A stretch of DNA of 64,000 nt, from positions 3,961-67,960 of the forward strand of contig DAOVGR010000052.1 of the NCBI GenBank assembly GCA_030672305.1, given 5' to 3'. Within the stretch, counting starts at the first letter, position 1; each line of letters opens with the position of its first letter. The position numbers and the translations under genes are program-made. The notes beneath the pieces are model-generated. The model did not search any database. It was not told where the DNA came from and worked only from the letters and a program-made list of their open reading frames with translations. The stretch comes from Thermoplasmatales archaeon (GTDB lineage Archaea > Thermoplasmatota > E2 > DHVEG-1). Of this stretch, positions 30,675-40,819 are shown one piece after another.

Positions 30675-31319
30675 CTAATTATTCCTTTTAATAAGAAAAT
30701 TCTCAGCTTTTGATTTCAAGGTTTTACGTGTACTATTTAGATGTTTTTCGATAAAAGTAATAACCTCTCCTTTATTTTCAACCTTATCAAAAAACATACT
30801 AAATGATAAAATCGCTTGTTCTGTAATAACCTTCTTACATTCAGGTGTGAGATGAGATGTTATCTTAATATTCTCAACTTTTAAAAGCTCCTCAGTAATC
30901 TTATTAATAAGATGAGGTTTAGCCATTGCAATCTTACCAGAGTGACCAACTAAATTTGCAACTGTAACCATATAGTCATTATTTATAAAACTATAATATT
31001 TATTAAAAACTTGATCGAACTTTTTTTCCTTATCAACTTTTGTTAAATTTGCAATAATTGCCATTGATTGCCAAATTAGTATTCTATATTGACTATCTAA
31101 AAGCTTTACAAAAAAATCCATATATGGATACAATTTTTCTGGATTTTCTTCGCTAATATCCATTAAAACTTTCCCACATCCATATCTAATAGCTGCCTTT
31201 GATGAACTCATACCATTTACTATCTCTGGTAGTAAATCATAATTATTTTTTACTTTATCGAATAAATCTTTTTTTGAAATTGTTTTATCTACTAATTCAT
31301 CTACTAATTTTTTTCCCAT
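30675..31319 (-). CDS. HEAT/ARM-repeat-like hypothetical protein
   Basis: Helical repeat pattern (IRYGCGKVL, PEKLYPY, ANL..VD); GAGG RBS before ATG 31319. Confidence 0.6.
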   Translation of the reverse strand: MGKKLVDELVDKTISKKDLFDKVKNNYDLLPEIVNGMSSSKAAIRYGCGKVLMDISEENPEKLYPYMDFFVKLLDSQYRILIWQSMAIIANLTKVDKEKKFDQVFNKYYSFINNDYMVTVANLVGHSGKIAMAKPHLINKITEELLKVENIKITSHLTPECKKVITEQAILSFSMFFDKVENKGEVITFIEKHLNSTRKTLKSKAENFLIKRNN

Positions 31320-31458
31320 AAGATACCTCAATGATGACTTGTATAGAAAATTCTTTTTTTAATTATTATGATAATTTTTGTTTATTAAGCGTAATTATTA
31401 AATATCAATAATATTATTCATTAAGTAATATCTTTAAATTTTAGAGCGGAGGTAAGAA

Positions 31459-32748
31459 ATGAAAACTAAAAAAAATAGATTAGTTGGAGCGGGTGTTTTC
31501 ATGATTTCTTTGTTGTTGATTTTATCATCAAGTGTGACAATTGCAAATACAGTTGATATAAATCAAACAGAAGCAACAGCAGCAATTGATACTGCAGATA
31601 TGGAATACCCAGTAAATGTTGATTATAAGAACGAAGTTTATGAAATTGGTAGTTCTCAAAGAGTCACTTGTTATGCAACTAATCTTCATAATGATCCAAA
31701 TGACAATCTTGCATGGTTCTATTCAGATATTCCAGATGACTTTATTCATATAGCAGATATCTCATCTGTTGATTTCCTTGGAGGTGGGTGCTTTGCTGGA
31801 GAAGTTGGAGATGATGTCTGGTGGGCTTGTGAATATAGTGCGGTCGAAGACAGTAATATTTGGCAAATAGATGAAGAAACAGGTGCAATGTATCTGATTG
31901 GAAATGCAGGTGTTGGTTTAAATGGTTTAGCATATGATCCTTCTACAGATACTTTATATGGATGTGGAAGTGCAGACCTCTTTATCATTAATCAAGAAAC
32001 AGGCGATGCAACAACTGTAGGTGCATTTGGGACAGGTGGATTAATGATAGGAATTGCATGTGATACTAGTGGAAAAATATATGGAGAGGACTTAGGAACA
32101 GATAGCCTTTATGATATAAATCCTGCAACAGGAGAAGCTACACTAATAGGTGCAATTGGTATAAACCTCAACGATGCACAGGATATAGCATATGATAAAG
32201 ATCATGACATACTATATAGTACTGGTTACAAAGGAAGTACAAATGGTGGCGGAGCATTAGGTACACTTGATCTAAATGATGGTCATTATACATATATTGG
32301 TGATTTTCCAATAGGTGTCAGTGGTGTACCATCTGAAATTGCTTGTTTTGGTATTCCCTATGGAATTCCAAATGAACCACCAGAGGCTCCCGAGATTGAT
32401 GGTCCACCTTCTGGACCCAATGGGGAAGAATTATGCTGGACATTTCATTCTGATGACCCAAATGGTGATCAACTAAAGTACTTTATCGACTGGGGAGATG
32501 GATCAACAGATGAAACAGATTGTTATCCAACTTGTACACCCGTTGAAGCATGTCATATATATGAAAAGCAAGGAAAATATACAATAACAGCTTATGCACA
32601 AGAATGTCCTGATGGTTTAACAAGTGAAGTAAGTGAATTTGGAGTAGCAATTCCAAGAACTAGAACAGCTTATCATCCACTGCTTTTGAGATTTTTCGAG
32701 CGCTTTCCAAATACCTTCATAATATTAAGGGCTCTCTTAGGGATTTAA
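31459..32748 (+). CDS. Secreted beta-propeller protein with PKD domain and C-terminal tag
   Basis: Repeats GLAYDP..D.LY and LY.I(D/N)..TG.AT.IG; PKD IDWGDG; GGAGG RBS. Confidence 0.8.
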   Translation: MKTKKNRLVGAGVFMISLLLILSSSVTIANTVDINQTEATAAIDTADMEYPVNVDYKNEVYEIGSSQRVTCYATNLHNDPNDNLAWFYSDIPDDFIHIADISSVDFLGGGCFAGEVGDDVWWACEYSAVEDSNIWQIDEETGAMYLIGNAGVGLNGLAYDPSTDTLYGCGSADLFIINQETGDATTVGAFGTGGLMIGIACDTSGKIYGEDLGTDSLYDINPATGEATLIGAIGINLNDAQDIAYDKDHDILYSTGYKGSTNGGGALGTLDLNDGHYTYIGDFPIGVSGVPSEIACFGIPYGIPNEPPEAPEIDGPPSGPNGEELCWTFHSDDPNGDQLKYFIDWGDGSTDETDCYPTCTPVEACHIYEKQGKYTITAYAQECPDGLTSEVSEFGVAIPRTRTAYHPLLLRFFERFPNTFIILRALLGI

Positions 32749-32780
32749 AATAAAATAAATCTCTCTTTTTTTCTTTTTAT
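32739..32780 (+). terminator. Hairpin plus U-tract terminator
   Basis: AGGGATTTA/TAAATCTCT stem (one G-U pair) spanning the stop codon, then CTTTTTTTCTTTTT. Confidence 0.6.
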
Positions 32781-32815
32781 AAAATAATTTTAAAGCTAGG
32801 AAATACTGTTTTTAA

Positions 32816-33202
32816 TTAAAAAACTAAAGCAAATAAAATCCATTCCTCTTCAAAATTAAAAGAACCATTTGGGATTTCTTGTCCTATTCCATATATAAAC
32901 GCAGTTACATTCCGTTCAGTAGTAACATCCAATCTAATAGGAAAAAATCTAATTAACACAAACTGTACATAATTAAATTTGATTATTCCAATATTACCAA
33001 AAACACCTAATTGTCTTCCACTACTAGCATTTCCATGAACTAAAACCCTAAAAAAAAACTTAGGAATAAGTCCTGATGGTTTAGAAGAATATTGTAAATT
33101 ATCTATTTGGTTATTTTGTGAAACTACACTTAATAAACAACTGTTCGTTAGAATTGTTACTATTATAAAAATTAATACTATCCTCCCTTTCAATTGTATC
33201 AA
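32816..33202 (-). CDS. Hypothetical secreted/membrane protein
   Basis: Signal-peptide-like N-terminus; hydrophobic beta-rich body. Confidence 0.55.
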   Translation of the reverse strand: MIQLKGRIVLIFIIVTILTNSCLLSVVSQNNQIDNLQYSSKPSGLIPKFFFRVLVHGNASSGRQLGVFGNIGIIKFNYVQFVLIRFFPIRLDVTTERNVTAFIYGIGQEIPNGSFNFEEEWILFALVF

Positions 33203-33349
33203 CTCATAATGATATTTAATTTCTAGTATATATAATTTATAGAAATTTTTTCTAAATTATAATTTTTTAAAAATCGTTATATGGTTTTTTTATTTATAAT
33301 AAATTTAATGCAAGCCAAATTAAAAAATCACTTGTTTTTAAACGATAAC

Positions 33350-33445
33350 TATAAATATTAGATGTGATATACATATCACATAATGTTAGAAATATACAAT
33401 AAAATGTTATTTCTAGCAAATAATAAGTTAGAAATAAATAATAAA
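33350..33445 (+). promoter_or_regulatory. TATA box followed by a palindromic operator and three related half-sites at 21-bp spacing
   Basis: TATAAATA at 33350; ATGTGATAT-AC-ATATCACAT at 33362-33381; ATGTTA/ATGTTA/AAGTTA at 33383, 33404, 33425. Confidence 0.65.
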
Positions 33446-33464
33446 TTGAAAAGGAGGTAAAAAA

Positions 33465-33869
33465 ATGAAAGATAAAATAGGAATTTTAATAGGCATTGGA
33501 ATAGCAGCATTAGTAATAGCAACAATATTCTTTTATGTATTGAATGCTGGTGCCCTTGAATTTAGTGAAATATTACCCATAGTGATAGTGTTTATATTAG
33601 TAACATCCACACTCTATATATTGTGGGACAGAATAAAAAATGTAAAAAAGGGATTACCTGCACAAGATGAACGGTTAAAAATAACAAATTATAAAGCATG
33701 TTACTATGGATTTATTGCATCAATTTGGAGTGCTGTTGGCGCTCCATTAATTTCAGGAATACTCTTTGATCATGAACTATCAGGACATCATGTTACAGCT
33801 GTTGTTGTATTATGTGGAGGAATAGCGTTTATGATATCCTATATTTACTTAGCCTGGAAAGGGGACTAA
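33465..33869 (+). CDS. DUF2178-like membrane protein
   Basis: Four hydrophobic segments with G.P..DER...I..KA motif; directly upstream of an XRE regulator. Confidence 0.75.
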   Translation: MKDKIGILIGIGIAALVIATIFFYVLNAGALEFSEILPIVIVFILVTSTLYILWDRIKNVKKGLPAQDERLKITNYKACYYGFIASIWSAVGAPLISGILFDHELSGHHVTAVVVLCGGIAFMISYIYLAWKGD

Positions 33870-33871
33870 GT

Positions 33872-34069
33872 ATGAAAACAAGAATAAAGGAACTTAGAGC
33901 CCGATATGATTTAACACAAGAAGACCTAGCTAAAAAAGTAGGAGTGCGTAGAGAAACTATTTTATTTATTGAAAAAGGAAAATACAATCCTTCCCTAAAA
34001 CTAGCATATGACATTGCAAAAGAATTGAAAACGACAATAGATGAGTTATTTATTTTTGATAAAGATTAA
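33872..34069 (+). CDS. XRE/Cro-C1 HTH transcriptional regulator
   Basis: [43 protein letters not shown]; start at ATG 33872. Confidence 0.93.
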   Translation: MKTRIKELRARYDLTQEDLAKKVGVRRETILFIEKGKYNPSLKLAYDIAKELKTTIDELFIFDKD

Positions 34070-34101
34070 ATAAAAAAAAATGAAAAAAGAGGTAGATTTT
34101 T

Positions 34102-34977
34102 TTATTTATATGTAGTTTCTTTCAATTCACCTTTGATATCTAACATGATATCGTTTGTATTTATTTCTGCTAGGGCTTTGATATAATTACCAGCTGAAGG
34201 TGCATAGTATAAAGAACCCAATAATCCCTGGAAGAACTCAATATTGTATGCTGTATAATTTTTTCCTAAAACAGTTACCTGCTCTTCCTTAGCGGTGTAC
34301 ATAAGCATAGGTAGAGTAACATTTTGTTCAAGATAAATTTCCTCTGGAAAATCACTTAAAAGAGAATGAAGAATCTTGAGGACTATTGATTCCACCCTTA
34401 AATTTGTAGAAAGAGTGGTTTCAGGTAGAATACCTTCCTTTCCATCATAGAGCGGGAAATCAATAAGTGGTCTTGGGGTTTCTTGAATAATGTTTATTGT
34501 AATTGTTAAGGGAAGTGGAATAGGTATTGGAAACATAAAAGGATGGTTTAATAATAAGGCTATTGATCTAATTACTATATTTGCTTCTTCAGCTGCTAAA
34601 TCAGCTTGACGGATTTTTAAATCACCAGAAATTTTTGTAATGAAAAGAATTCCTCCTAGGGTTGTTCCTGCACCATCATCGTAATCAAATATTCCTCCAA
34701 TATTCCCTGAAAGACTCATTTGATAAGATGTTGCTGTTATTCCTACTACACTAACTAAAAGATCATTTAAGGACAAATCCAGTGACATAATTTGACCAGT
34801 TTGATTAAGCTGAAAATTTAGTTTTCCAATTTCATATCTCCAAGAATCACCATTTTCCCATATTGGTACATCATCATCTATGGTTATACTATCTATTTCT
34901 GTTGTGATATTATATGCTAATCCTGACATACTAAACATCAACATTGTACATAATATTAAACAAACTAATCTTTTCAT
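34102..34977 (-). CDS. Secreted hypothetical protein
   Basis: Signal peptide; P.WE.GDSW.Y start and YYAP.AGN..K end. Confidence 0.7.
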   Translation of the reverse strand: MKRLVCLILCTMLMFSMSGLAYNITTEIDSITIDDDVPIWENGDSWRYEIGKLNFQLNQTGQIMSLDLSLNDLLVSVVGITATSYQMSLSGNIGGIFDYDDGAGTTLGGILFITKISGDLKIRQADLAAEEANIVIRSIALLLNHPFMFPIPIPLPLTITINIIQETPRPLIDFPLYDGKEGILPETTLSTNLRVESIVLKILHSLLSDFPEEIYLEQNVTLPMLMYTAKEEQVTVLGKNYTAYNIEFFQGLLGSLYYAPSAGNYIKALAEINTNDIMLDIKGELKETTYK

Positions 34978-35058
34978 AATATTCTACCTTCCCAAGAAAT
35001 AATAGTTTTTATTGTTTATATACCATTTGGTGAAATTTATCTTATTACGACACTCAAT

Positions 35059-35085
35059 TAAAAGAAAAGAGGGTATTAAAACCCT
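35059..35085 (-). terminator. Hairpin plus U-tract terminator
   Basis: AGGGT/ACCCT stem around the stop codon, then CTTTTCTTTT. Confidence 0.55.
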
Positions 35086-36671
35086 AATAGATGCCTTAAA
35101 ATTGGGAACGCATTCGGAAATCTTTCGAATAACCTGAGGAAAAATGGATTATAAACAGCTTTGTTTCTTGGTGTTAGAAGATACACATCAATCTCACAGG
35201 AGTCACTTGAATCATCTGAGTTGACTACTTTTACTGTTCCAGTAAATTCTGTTTCTTTATCATCCGGTGCAACAACTTCAACATCAACTGTTATTGAATC
35301 TCCAAGAGGTAGACCTGTTCCACTAGCAGGAGTAAATGTCCATTCGCCCCATTCTGGGTATTCATCAACTTCCCAGTTTAGTTCAGATCCAGGTTCACCC
35401 ATGCTTTTCACAATGAAGCTACCCTGTACAGTGCCTCCTTGTGGTGCACTTTCCCATCTTAATTCACCCTCACAATATAAATTAGATTCATATCCAGGGA
35501 TGTATTTGTAAACTCCACCAGTATACTCATCTTGACTGAAGGAACCAGCCCAACCTATTATGCCTTCTACCCAAGTTGTTGCAAACAGTTGAATTCCAGA
35601 TACTTCAGTCCATTCTATCCAGGTATGACCGCCATCAAAGCTATATGAAGCTCCTTGATATGTAGGATCACTTGAATATACACCAGTACTTATATATAAA
35701 TTATCAGTACCTGGAACATAATCAAAATCACCTGAGTAACATAGTCCAGTTTGATCTATCATTGTCCAGGTTTCACCACCATCTGATGTTTCGGCAATAA
35801 TTCCTTCTGTTGATTCACGCTTATCCATTGCAAGACCATTATTTTGATCCTTGAATCGAGTATCTACCCAACAACCACTGCCAAATGGGGTATCTGCAAC
35901 AGTCCAATGGTAACCTCTATCTGTTGATTTGAAAACACGTCCTCTATCTGCTGAATATTGAGTACCCCACCAAACGGTATCTCCGACAACATCATAATAT
36001 CCAACTGTACCATACTCACCAGAACCCAAAGGTTCAGGTATATTTTCCTCTGGAACTCTCACCCAAGTATCTCCACCATCAGTTGTTGTATACATCTCAT
36101 AATATCCATCAACTGGATCGCCCTGGCAAAAACCATCGTTTTCGTCCCAGAAATGTACAACGTTAGGAAATGATCCAGTTTCATTATAAACTGCTGTATC
36201 TTGATGAACCCATGTAATTCCACCATCAGATGTTTTCCAAATACCTTGAGGATTACCAGAATGCATCGCAATCCATGCTGTATTTTCATCTAATGCATAA
36301 ATCATAGCAATTCTTCCATCATCTGGTGCTTCGCTTATAATATCTGCAAACCACTCATCACCACCATTTGTAGTTTTTGTAAATTCTCGACAAGGACTGG
36401 TTCCAGATAGTCCATCATATGCAGCAGCCCAAACAACATTTTCATCTACGGCATGCATAAAAGTCAAACCTCTGCTTGGCTCCCAAAATCCTGTAGCTTG
36501 TTCAACCCATCCAGGACCCTTTGATAATAATAATTTTAAGGGATCATTTACTATATTCTGAGGTTTTATAGTATCTCTTTGGTTAATCATTGCTGACGCT
36601 GGCATCACAAAAGCAAAAACTATAGCAAAAATTATAGTTGCTTTCAATATATTTTTTCCAATTTTTTTCAT
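35076..36671 (-). CDS. Secreted BNR/Asp-box (Ycf48-like) propeller protein with BACON-like module and C-terminal tag
   Basis: Six Asp-boxes (TTNGGDEW, TSDGGITW, TTDGGDTW, STDRGYHW, TSDGGETW, SFDGGHTW). Confidence 0.85.
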   Translation of the reverse strand: MKKIGKNILKATIIFAIVFAFVMPASAMINQRDTIKPQNIVNDPLKLLLSKGPGWVEQATGFWEPSRGLTFMHAVDENVVWAAAYDGLSGTSPCREFTKTTNGGDEWFADIISEAPDDGRIAMIYALDENTAWIAMHSGNPQGIWKTSDGGITWVHQDTAVYNETGSFPNVVHFWDENDGFCQGDPVDGYYEMYTTTDGGDTWVRVPEENIPEPLGSGEYGTVGYYDVVGDTVWWGTQYSADRGRVFKSTDRGYHWTVADTPFGSGCWVDTRFKDQNNGLAMDKRESTEGIIAETSDGGETWTMIDQTGLCYSGDFDYVPGTDNLYISTGVYSSDPTYQGASYSFDGGHTWIEWTEVSGIQLFATTWVEGIIGWAGSFSQDEYTGGVYKYIPGYESNLYCEGELRWESAPQGGTVQGSFIVKSMGEPGSELNWEVDEYPEWGEWTFTPASGTGLPLGDSITVDVEVVAPDDKETEFTGTVKVVNSDDSSDSCEIDVYLLTPRNKAVYNPFFLRLFERFPNAFPILRHLLGF

Positions 36672-36824
36672 TTTTCATCTCCATATAAAAATGTTTTATA
36701 TAATTTATATAATAATCTATTAAAATATAAAGTTAACGAATTTCAACACATAAACTCAATTATTATTAATATAATATATTATTAATGTTAATAAGTTACT
36801 AATTTTAAATAAAAATTTGTTATA

Positions 36825-36872
36825 TAAAAGATAAAAATAAAATAGAAAAGAGAGGGCTAATTTTATAGCCCT
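36825..36872 (-). terminator. Hairpin plus U-tract terminator
   Basis: AGGGCTA/TAGCCCT stem around the stop codon, then CTCTTTTCTATTTTATTTTT. Confidence 0.6.
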
Positions 36873-38011
36873 AATAGCTGTCTTAATATCGGGAACGCAT
36901 TTGGGAAACGCTCGAAAATCCTGTACAAGAACGGAAAATTCACTGTCTTACTTCTCGGTGTCAAAACATACACATCAATTCTACAGAAATCACTAGGATC
37001 ATTAGAGTTGATAACCTTAATATCGCCAAAGAATTCCATCTCTGAATCAGGTGGAGCAACAAAAGATACATCAACTGTAACAGGTCCAGCTTCTGGAGTC
37101 AAACCAGTACCACTAGCAGGAGTAAAAGTCCAATCAGAACCCCACTCAGGATACTCAGAAACCTCCCAATCAAGCTCAGAACCAGCATCGCCACCATTCT
37201 CAACAGTAAAACTACCGGTAACAGTAGAACCAGGTGTAACATCTTCCAATCTAAGCTCACCAGCACATTTCAGATCAGGGAAACTTGGCCAACCCTCTAC
37301 TAAAGACATACCATCATAATAGACCTCAGTAGCAGCATTTGCAAAAAGATCTACAGCAGCAATATCTAAGAGACCAAGACCTTCGTTACCGGGTCCTGCT
37401 GTCCAAGCCTTCTCGGCCAAGAGTTGTCCATTATAATAGAACTTGAACAAGTCTACATCAAGATCGATTAATGTTAACAACTCAACCCATTGGCCTGTTA
37501 TCAACGGCAAATTAATTGCATCGTGTTCTGATTCAGCTACCTGATTTAGTGCATCGAATCTAATCTGTATAGCCCATTTATTTTCCTGTCCAGCACCATC
37601 TAAATAGTCACTTAACAAGATAAAATATGAGTTACCCGAAAAATCTTCTGGTATATACTGATATGCAACATAAGACCATTGCCCACTAGTATAACCCTCG
37701 TATTCATGTACTAGATCTACATTGTCTACAACTTCCACTGATTTTACACCATCATAAGCTTGGGTATCCACAACATATGCACCATATGCTGAATCACCGT
37801 CCCAACCTTTCCAGCCACCATCTGCAGGATCTGATTCATTATCTAAATAATGCCCTACAGCATAGCTTTCAAAGTCATCAGACCAACTTCTGCCTGATGG
37901 TAAAACACCTTTCTTCATAGATACACTGCTTACACTAGATCCAAAAGCAGCTACAACAAATAGGACCACTAATCCTATCACCGACATCTTACTTAATAGC
38001 TTTTTATTCAT
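36863..38011 (-). CDS. Secreted lectin/ConA-like beta-sandwich protein with BACON-like module and C-terminal tag
   Basis: GGAGGTG RBS precedes ATG 38011 (MNKKLL...); WSDDFESY domain; C-terminal module shared with 35076-36671. Confidence 0.75.
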   Translation of the reverse strand: MNKKLLSKMSVIGLVVLFVVAAFGSSVSSVSMKKGVLPSGRSWSDDFESYAVGHYLDNESDPADGGWKGWDGDSAYGAYVVDTQAYDGVKSVEVVDNVDLVHEYEGYTSGQWSYVAYQYIPEDFSGNSYFILLSDYLDGAGQENKWAIQIRFDALNQVAESEHDAINLPLITGQWVELLTLIDLDVDLFKFYYNGQLLAEKAWTAGPGNEGLGLLDIAAVDLFANAATEVYYDGMSLVEGWPSFPDLKCAGELRLEDVTPGSTVTGSFTVENGGDAGSELDWEVSEYPEWGSDWTFTPASGTGLTPEAGPVTVDVSFVAPPDSEMEFFGDIKVINSNDPSDFCRIDVYVLTPRSKTVNFPFLYRIFERFPNAFPILRQLLGL

Positions 38012-38217
38012 TTTACCAATTTCACCTCCCTTTTTATTATATATAACATAACTGGGTTTTAAAATTTTCGGCGTTAAAAATAATTCATTTCCAATAAATT
38101 TACAACAATAATATTTTATATCTTCTATAACATTACAAATTATCACTATTCACAAAAGACGATAGAGTTATATAATATTAAAAGCAATTATATATTTAAT
38201 TGAAGAGGTGTAAAACT

Positions 38218-40119
38218 ATGAAAAAGTTATTACCACTTCTAGTGGTAGGGATTTTAGCCCTGGGAGGTTTTGGAGCTTTTGCTATATCTTTAAGCGAAAA
38301 ACAAAATTTTGAACAAACAACAATCTATTTTTCAGAACCAACAATAAAGGTTAATGAGAAGTATATATCTTTAGATTTACCAGAAACAACCACCTTTACT
38401 TGGGAAACAGATAAACCAATGTTACCTGTTTATACGAAAGTATATACATTTTCCTTTGGAACAAAAATAAATAGTGTGGATGTTAAGTTTTCAAATCCTA
38501 TTGAACAAGAAATATCAATGCCAATTAAGCCAGTATATGAGTCAAAAATACAATCAATATATGCATCTCATAAAATTGAAGAATCTGAAAATTTGTTTAC
38601 TTATTCGGATATTGATATTTATCCAGACCATCAATTCAGTTTTAGAACAGGTGTAGGTTTAAAGAATCTAGAACATGCAACTATACTAACAGTACATCTC
38701 TACCCTATCCAATATACTCCAAAAGAAAACAAAATTACCTATTCAAAATCTGCAACAGTTGATATCTATTATTCCTCACCTCAAGAAATTGTTGATTTCC
38801 AGGATGTGTATGACTTTTTAATTATCACCTACGACAAATTCCAATCAGCTTTGCAGCCTCTTGTGGATCTTAAAAATCAAAATGAAATAAATACAAAAAT
38901 GGTTACACTTGATGATGTCTATGATGGCACATATTTTGAGGTTGAAGGTATTGATGCACCAGAAAAAATTAAATATTTTATTAAAAATGCTTTAGAACAC
39001 TGGAATATTCATTATCTGCTTCTTGTTGGTAGTGGTGTTGAAGGTGCAGAAAAATTTCCAGTAAGATATGCCTACATGCCAGATCCACCTCATGAAGAAC
39101 AATTCGGAAGTGTTCTTTATTATGCTGACATATACAAAGAGGGGGGTGAATTTGCAGATTGGGATTATGATAACGATAGTCGTTATGCTGAGTATCCTCA
39201 AGATGTACTAGATGTAGATCTTTATCCAGATGTTTGCCTTGGATTGTTGCCTTGTAACAATGCCAGAGAAGTCAAAGCAATTGTAAATAAAATAATTAAT
39301 TACAAAGCACATAATAAAATGACAAATAAGATTGTACAAATTGGCGGTGATACCTTTCCAGGAGATCCTGAGCATATATATGAAGGAGAATTTGCAAATG
39401 AATGTGTCATGGAAGTATTACCTGGATATAGTACAACCCGATATTGGGCTTCTGAAGAAGAACTAACAAAAGCAAATATTGCAAAAGGTTTTAAGAGCAG
39501 CGTAGATTTTATGGATTTTTCTGGTCATGGTGGAACTACAGTATGGGGAACACATCCACCTGAAGATGAGGAAAAATGGGTGCCTGCAGCAACTCTAAGA
39601 TCACCCTATTTCTATTACTTTAATTTCGATTTTGATCTATACTTTGTAAACAATAATAAAAAATTACCAGTAGTAGTCTATAACGCATGTTCAAATAATA
39701 AATGGACAAACTCTGAGCAGTGTCTTGGTTACAAAACACTTAGTAAAAAGAATGGTGGAGGTATTGCATCATTTGCTGCTTCAGCATTAGGATTTGGAGA
39801 TCATGGAAGTCAAGAATGTGAAAGAAGATGGGGTTGGTGTGAAGTTCATACTTTTGAAGGATTAGTCAATGACAAAATACTCGGGAATGTATGGACTGAT
39901 GTCATAACAAACTATGTTGATAATTTTTCTTCACTAAGTTGGGATCGAATAGACCAAAAAACAATGCTAGGATATTCAATGTTTGGAGATCCAACTCTAG
40001 CAATTGAAGATGGTGATGACCCAGTTTATCTTCCTGAAAACAAACCATTGTTCAATTTTTTTGAGAAGATATTAGATTTTTTATCTAGAATAGTAAAGAT
40101 ACTTCAACAAATTCTATAA
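38218..40119 (+). CDS. Gingipain-like C25 cysteine peptidase with propeptide
   Basis: KPMLP propeptide, LYYAD, SGHG, NAC, FGDPTL; GAGGTG RBS before ATG 38218. Confidence 0.92.
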   Translation: MKKLLPLLVVGILALGGFGAFAISLSEKQNFEQTTIYFSEPTIKVNEKYISLDLPETTTFTWETDKPMLPVYTKVYTFSFGTKINSVDVKFSNPIEQEISMPIKPVYESKIQSIYASHKIEESENLFTYSDIDIYPDHQFSFRTGVGLKNLEHATILTVHLYPIQYTPKENKITYSKSATVDIYYSSPQEIVDFQDVYDFLIITYDKFQSALQPLVDLKNQNEINTKMVTLDDVYDGTYFEVEGIDAPEKIKYFIKNALEHWNIHYLLLVGSGVEGAEKFPVRYAYMPDPPHEEQFGSVLYYADIYKEGGEFADWDYDNDSRYAEYPQDVLDVDLYPDVCLGLLPCNNAREVKAIVNKIINYKAHNKMTNKIVQIGGDTFPGDPEHIYEGEFANECVMEVLPGYSTTRYWASEEELTKANIAKGFKSSVDFMDFSGHGGTTVWGTHPPEDEEKWVPAATLRSPYFYYFNFDFDLYFVNNNKKLPVVVYNACSNNKWTNSEQCLGYKTLSKKNGGGIASFAASALGFGDHGSQECERRWGWCEVHTFEGLVNDKILGNVWTDVITNYVDNFSSLSWDRIDQKTMLGYSMFGDPTLAIEDGDDPVYLPENKPLFNFFEKILDFLSRIVKILQQIL

Positions 40120-40207
40120 AACAAATTTAAAATTAGCAATACAAAAATTCCTTTTTTTCTTTTTTATTTTTATATGATTAAATGCTCAGAATAAATACAA
40201 TAAATAA

Positions 40208-40526
40208 ATTCTTAAAATACTAATAAAATTAATCTATTATGTTTTTCTAATACGTCAAATATATGCAATAATTTTATTACTAGCTTCACAACCAGAAATA
40301 AATTTATTTGATAAATCAGAGTATTGGAAACTGATAATAGTTATATTGTTAATCATTATCTCTATTATTAGTACTGTTAAACTCATAACTCTAAAAAAAT
40401 TTGATAGGCCCCTGATGAAAAACTATTTGGAGTTATTAATTCTGCATTTGGTGCTTTCCAATTACAGGGTATATTGTTTTTAACATAATTTTATATGGAA
40501 AACCAATGGAACCAGATATTTAGCTA
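40208..40526 (+). pseudogene. Possible decayed membrane-protein gene fragment
   Basis: 91-codon frame (40208-40483) with no start codon at its 5' end and hydrophobic stretches (WKLIIVILLIIISIIS); an overlapping frame continues DEKLFGVINSAFGAFQLQGILF. Confidence 0.25.
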
Positions 40527-40714
40527 AACCTTAAATATTCCAGTAAATTGGTTGAGTTCAATATATATTACTATCTTTTTTTCTATTGAGTAAACTTTTT
40601 TAATATCGTTTAATTACTCAATTAAAAATTAGAATGTAAAATTAAAAAGACTATGGCATAAAAAATTATTTGATTTTAATTTTTTATATGAAAACAATAA
40701 TATATGGACTAATT

Positions 40715-40789
40715 GGGCCAGTAGCTTAGCTTGGTTGGAGCACCCGGCTGATAACCGGGAGGTCGAGAGTTCGAATCTCTCCTGGCCCA
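40715..40789 (+). tRNA. tRNA-Ile(GAT)
   Basis: Acceptor stem GGGCCAG/CTGGCCC+A, anticodon arm CCCGG-CTGATAA-CCGGG, T-arm GAGAG-TTCGAAT-CTCTC; no intron, CCA not encoded; TTTATA upstream. Confidence 0.97.
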
Positions 40790-40819
40790 TTATTCTTTGA
40801 TTAGGAGAATAATTTAGTT

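Noticed and set aside
33812..33871. N-terminal extension of the XRE ORF
   Set aside because: It overlaps the upstream gene; the HTH family start matches ATG 33872.
35076..35180. Tag as a PGF-CTERM/PEP-CTERM/LPXTG-type signal or TM anchor
   Set aside because: No such motif, no uninterrupted hydrophobic span and no terminal basic cluster; no archaeosortase gene in the window.
35161..37319. Similar plus-strand ORFs 35161-35511 and 37008-37319
   Set aside because: Their similarity is just the antisense mirror of the module shared by the two minus-strand genes.
38012..38146. 45-aa N-terminal extension of ORF 36863-38146
   Set aside because: The RBS and signal peptide point to ATG 38011; the extension runs through AT-rich promoter DNA.
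40715..40789. tRNA-Ile as the integration site of an island
   Set aside because: No duplicate of the tRNA 3' end was noticed in the window and no mobility genes flank it.
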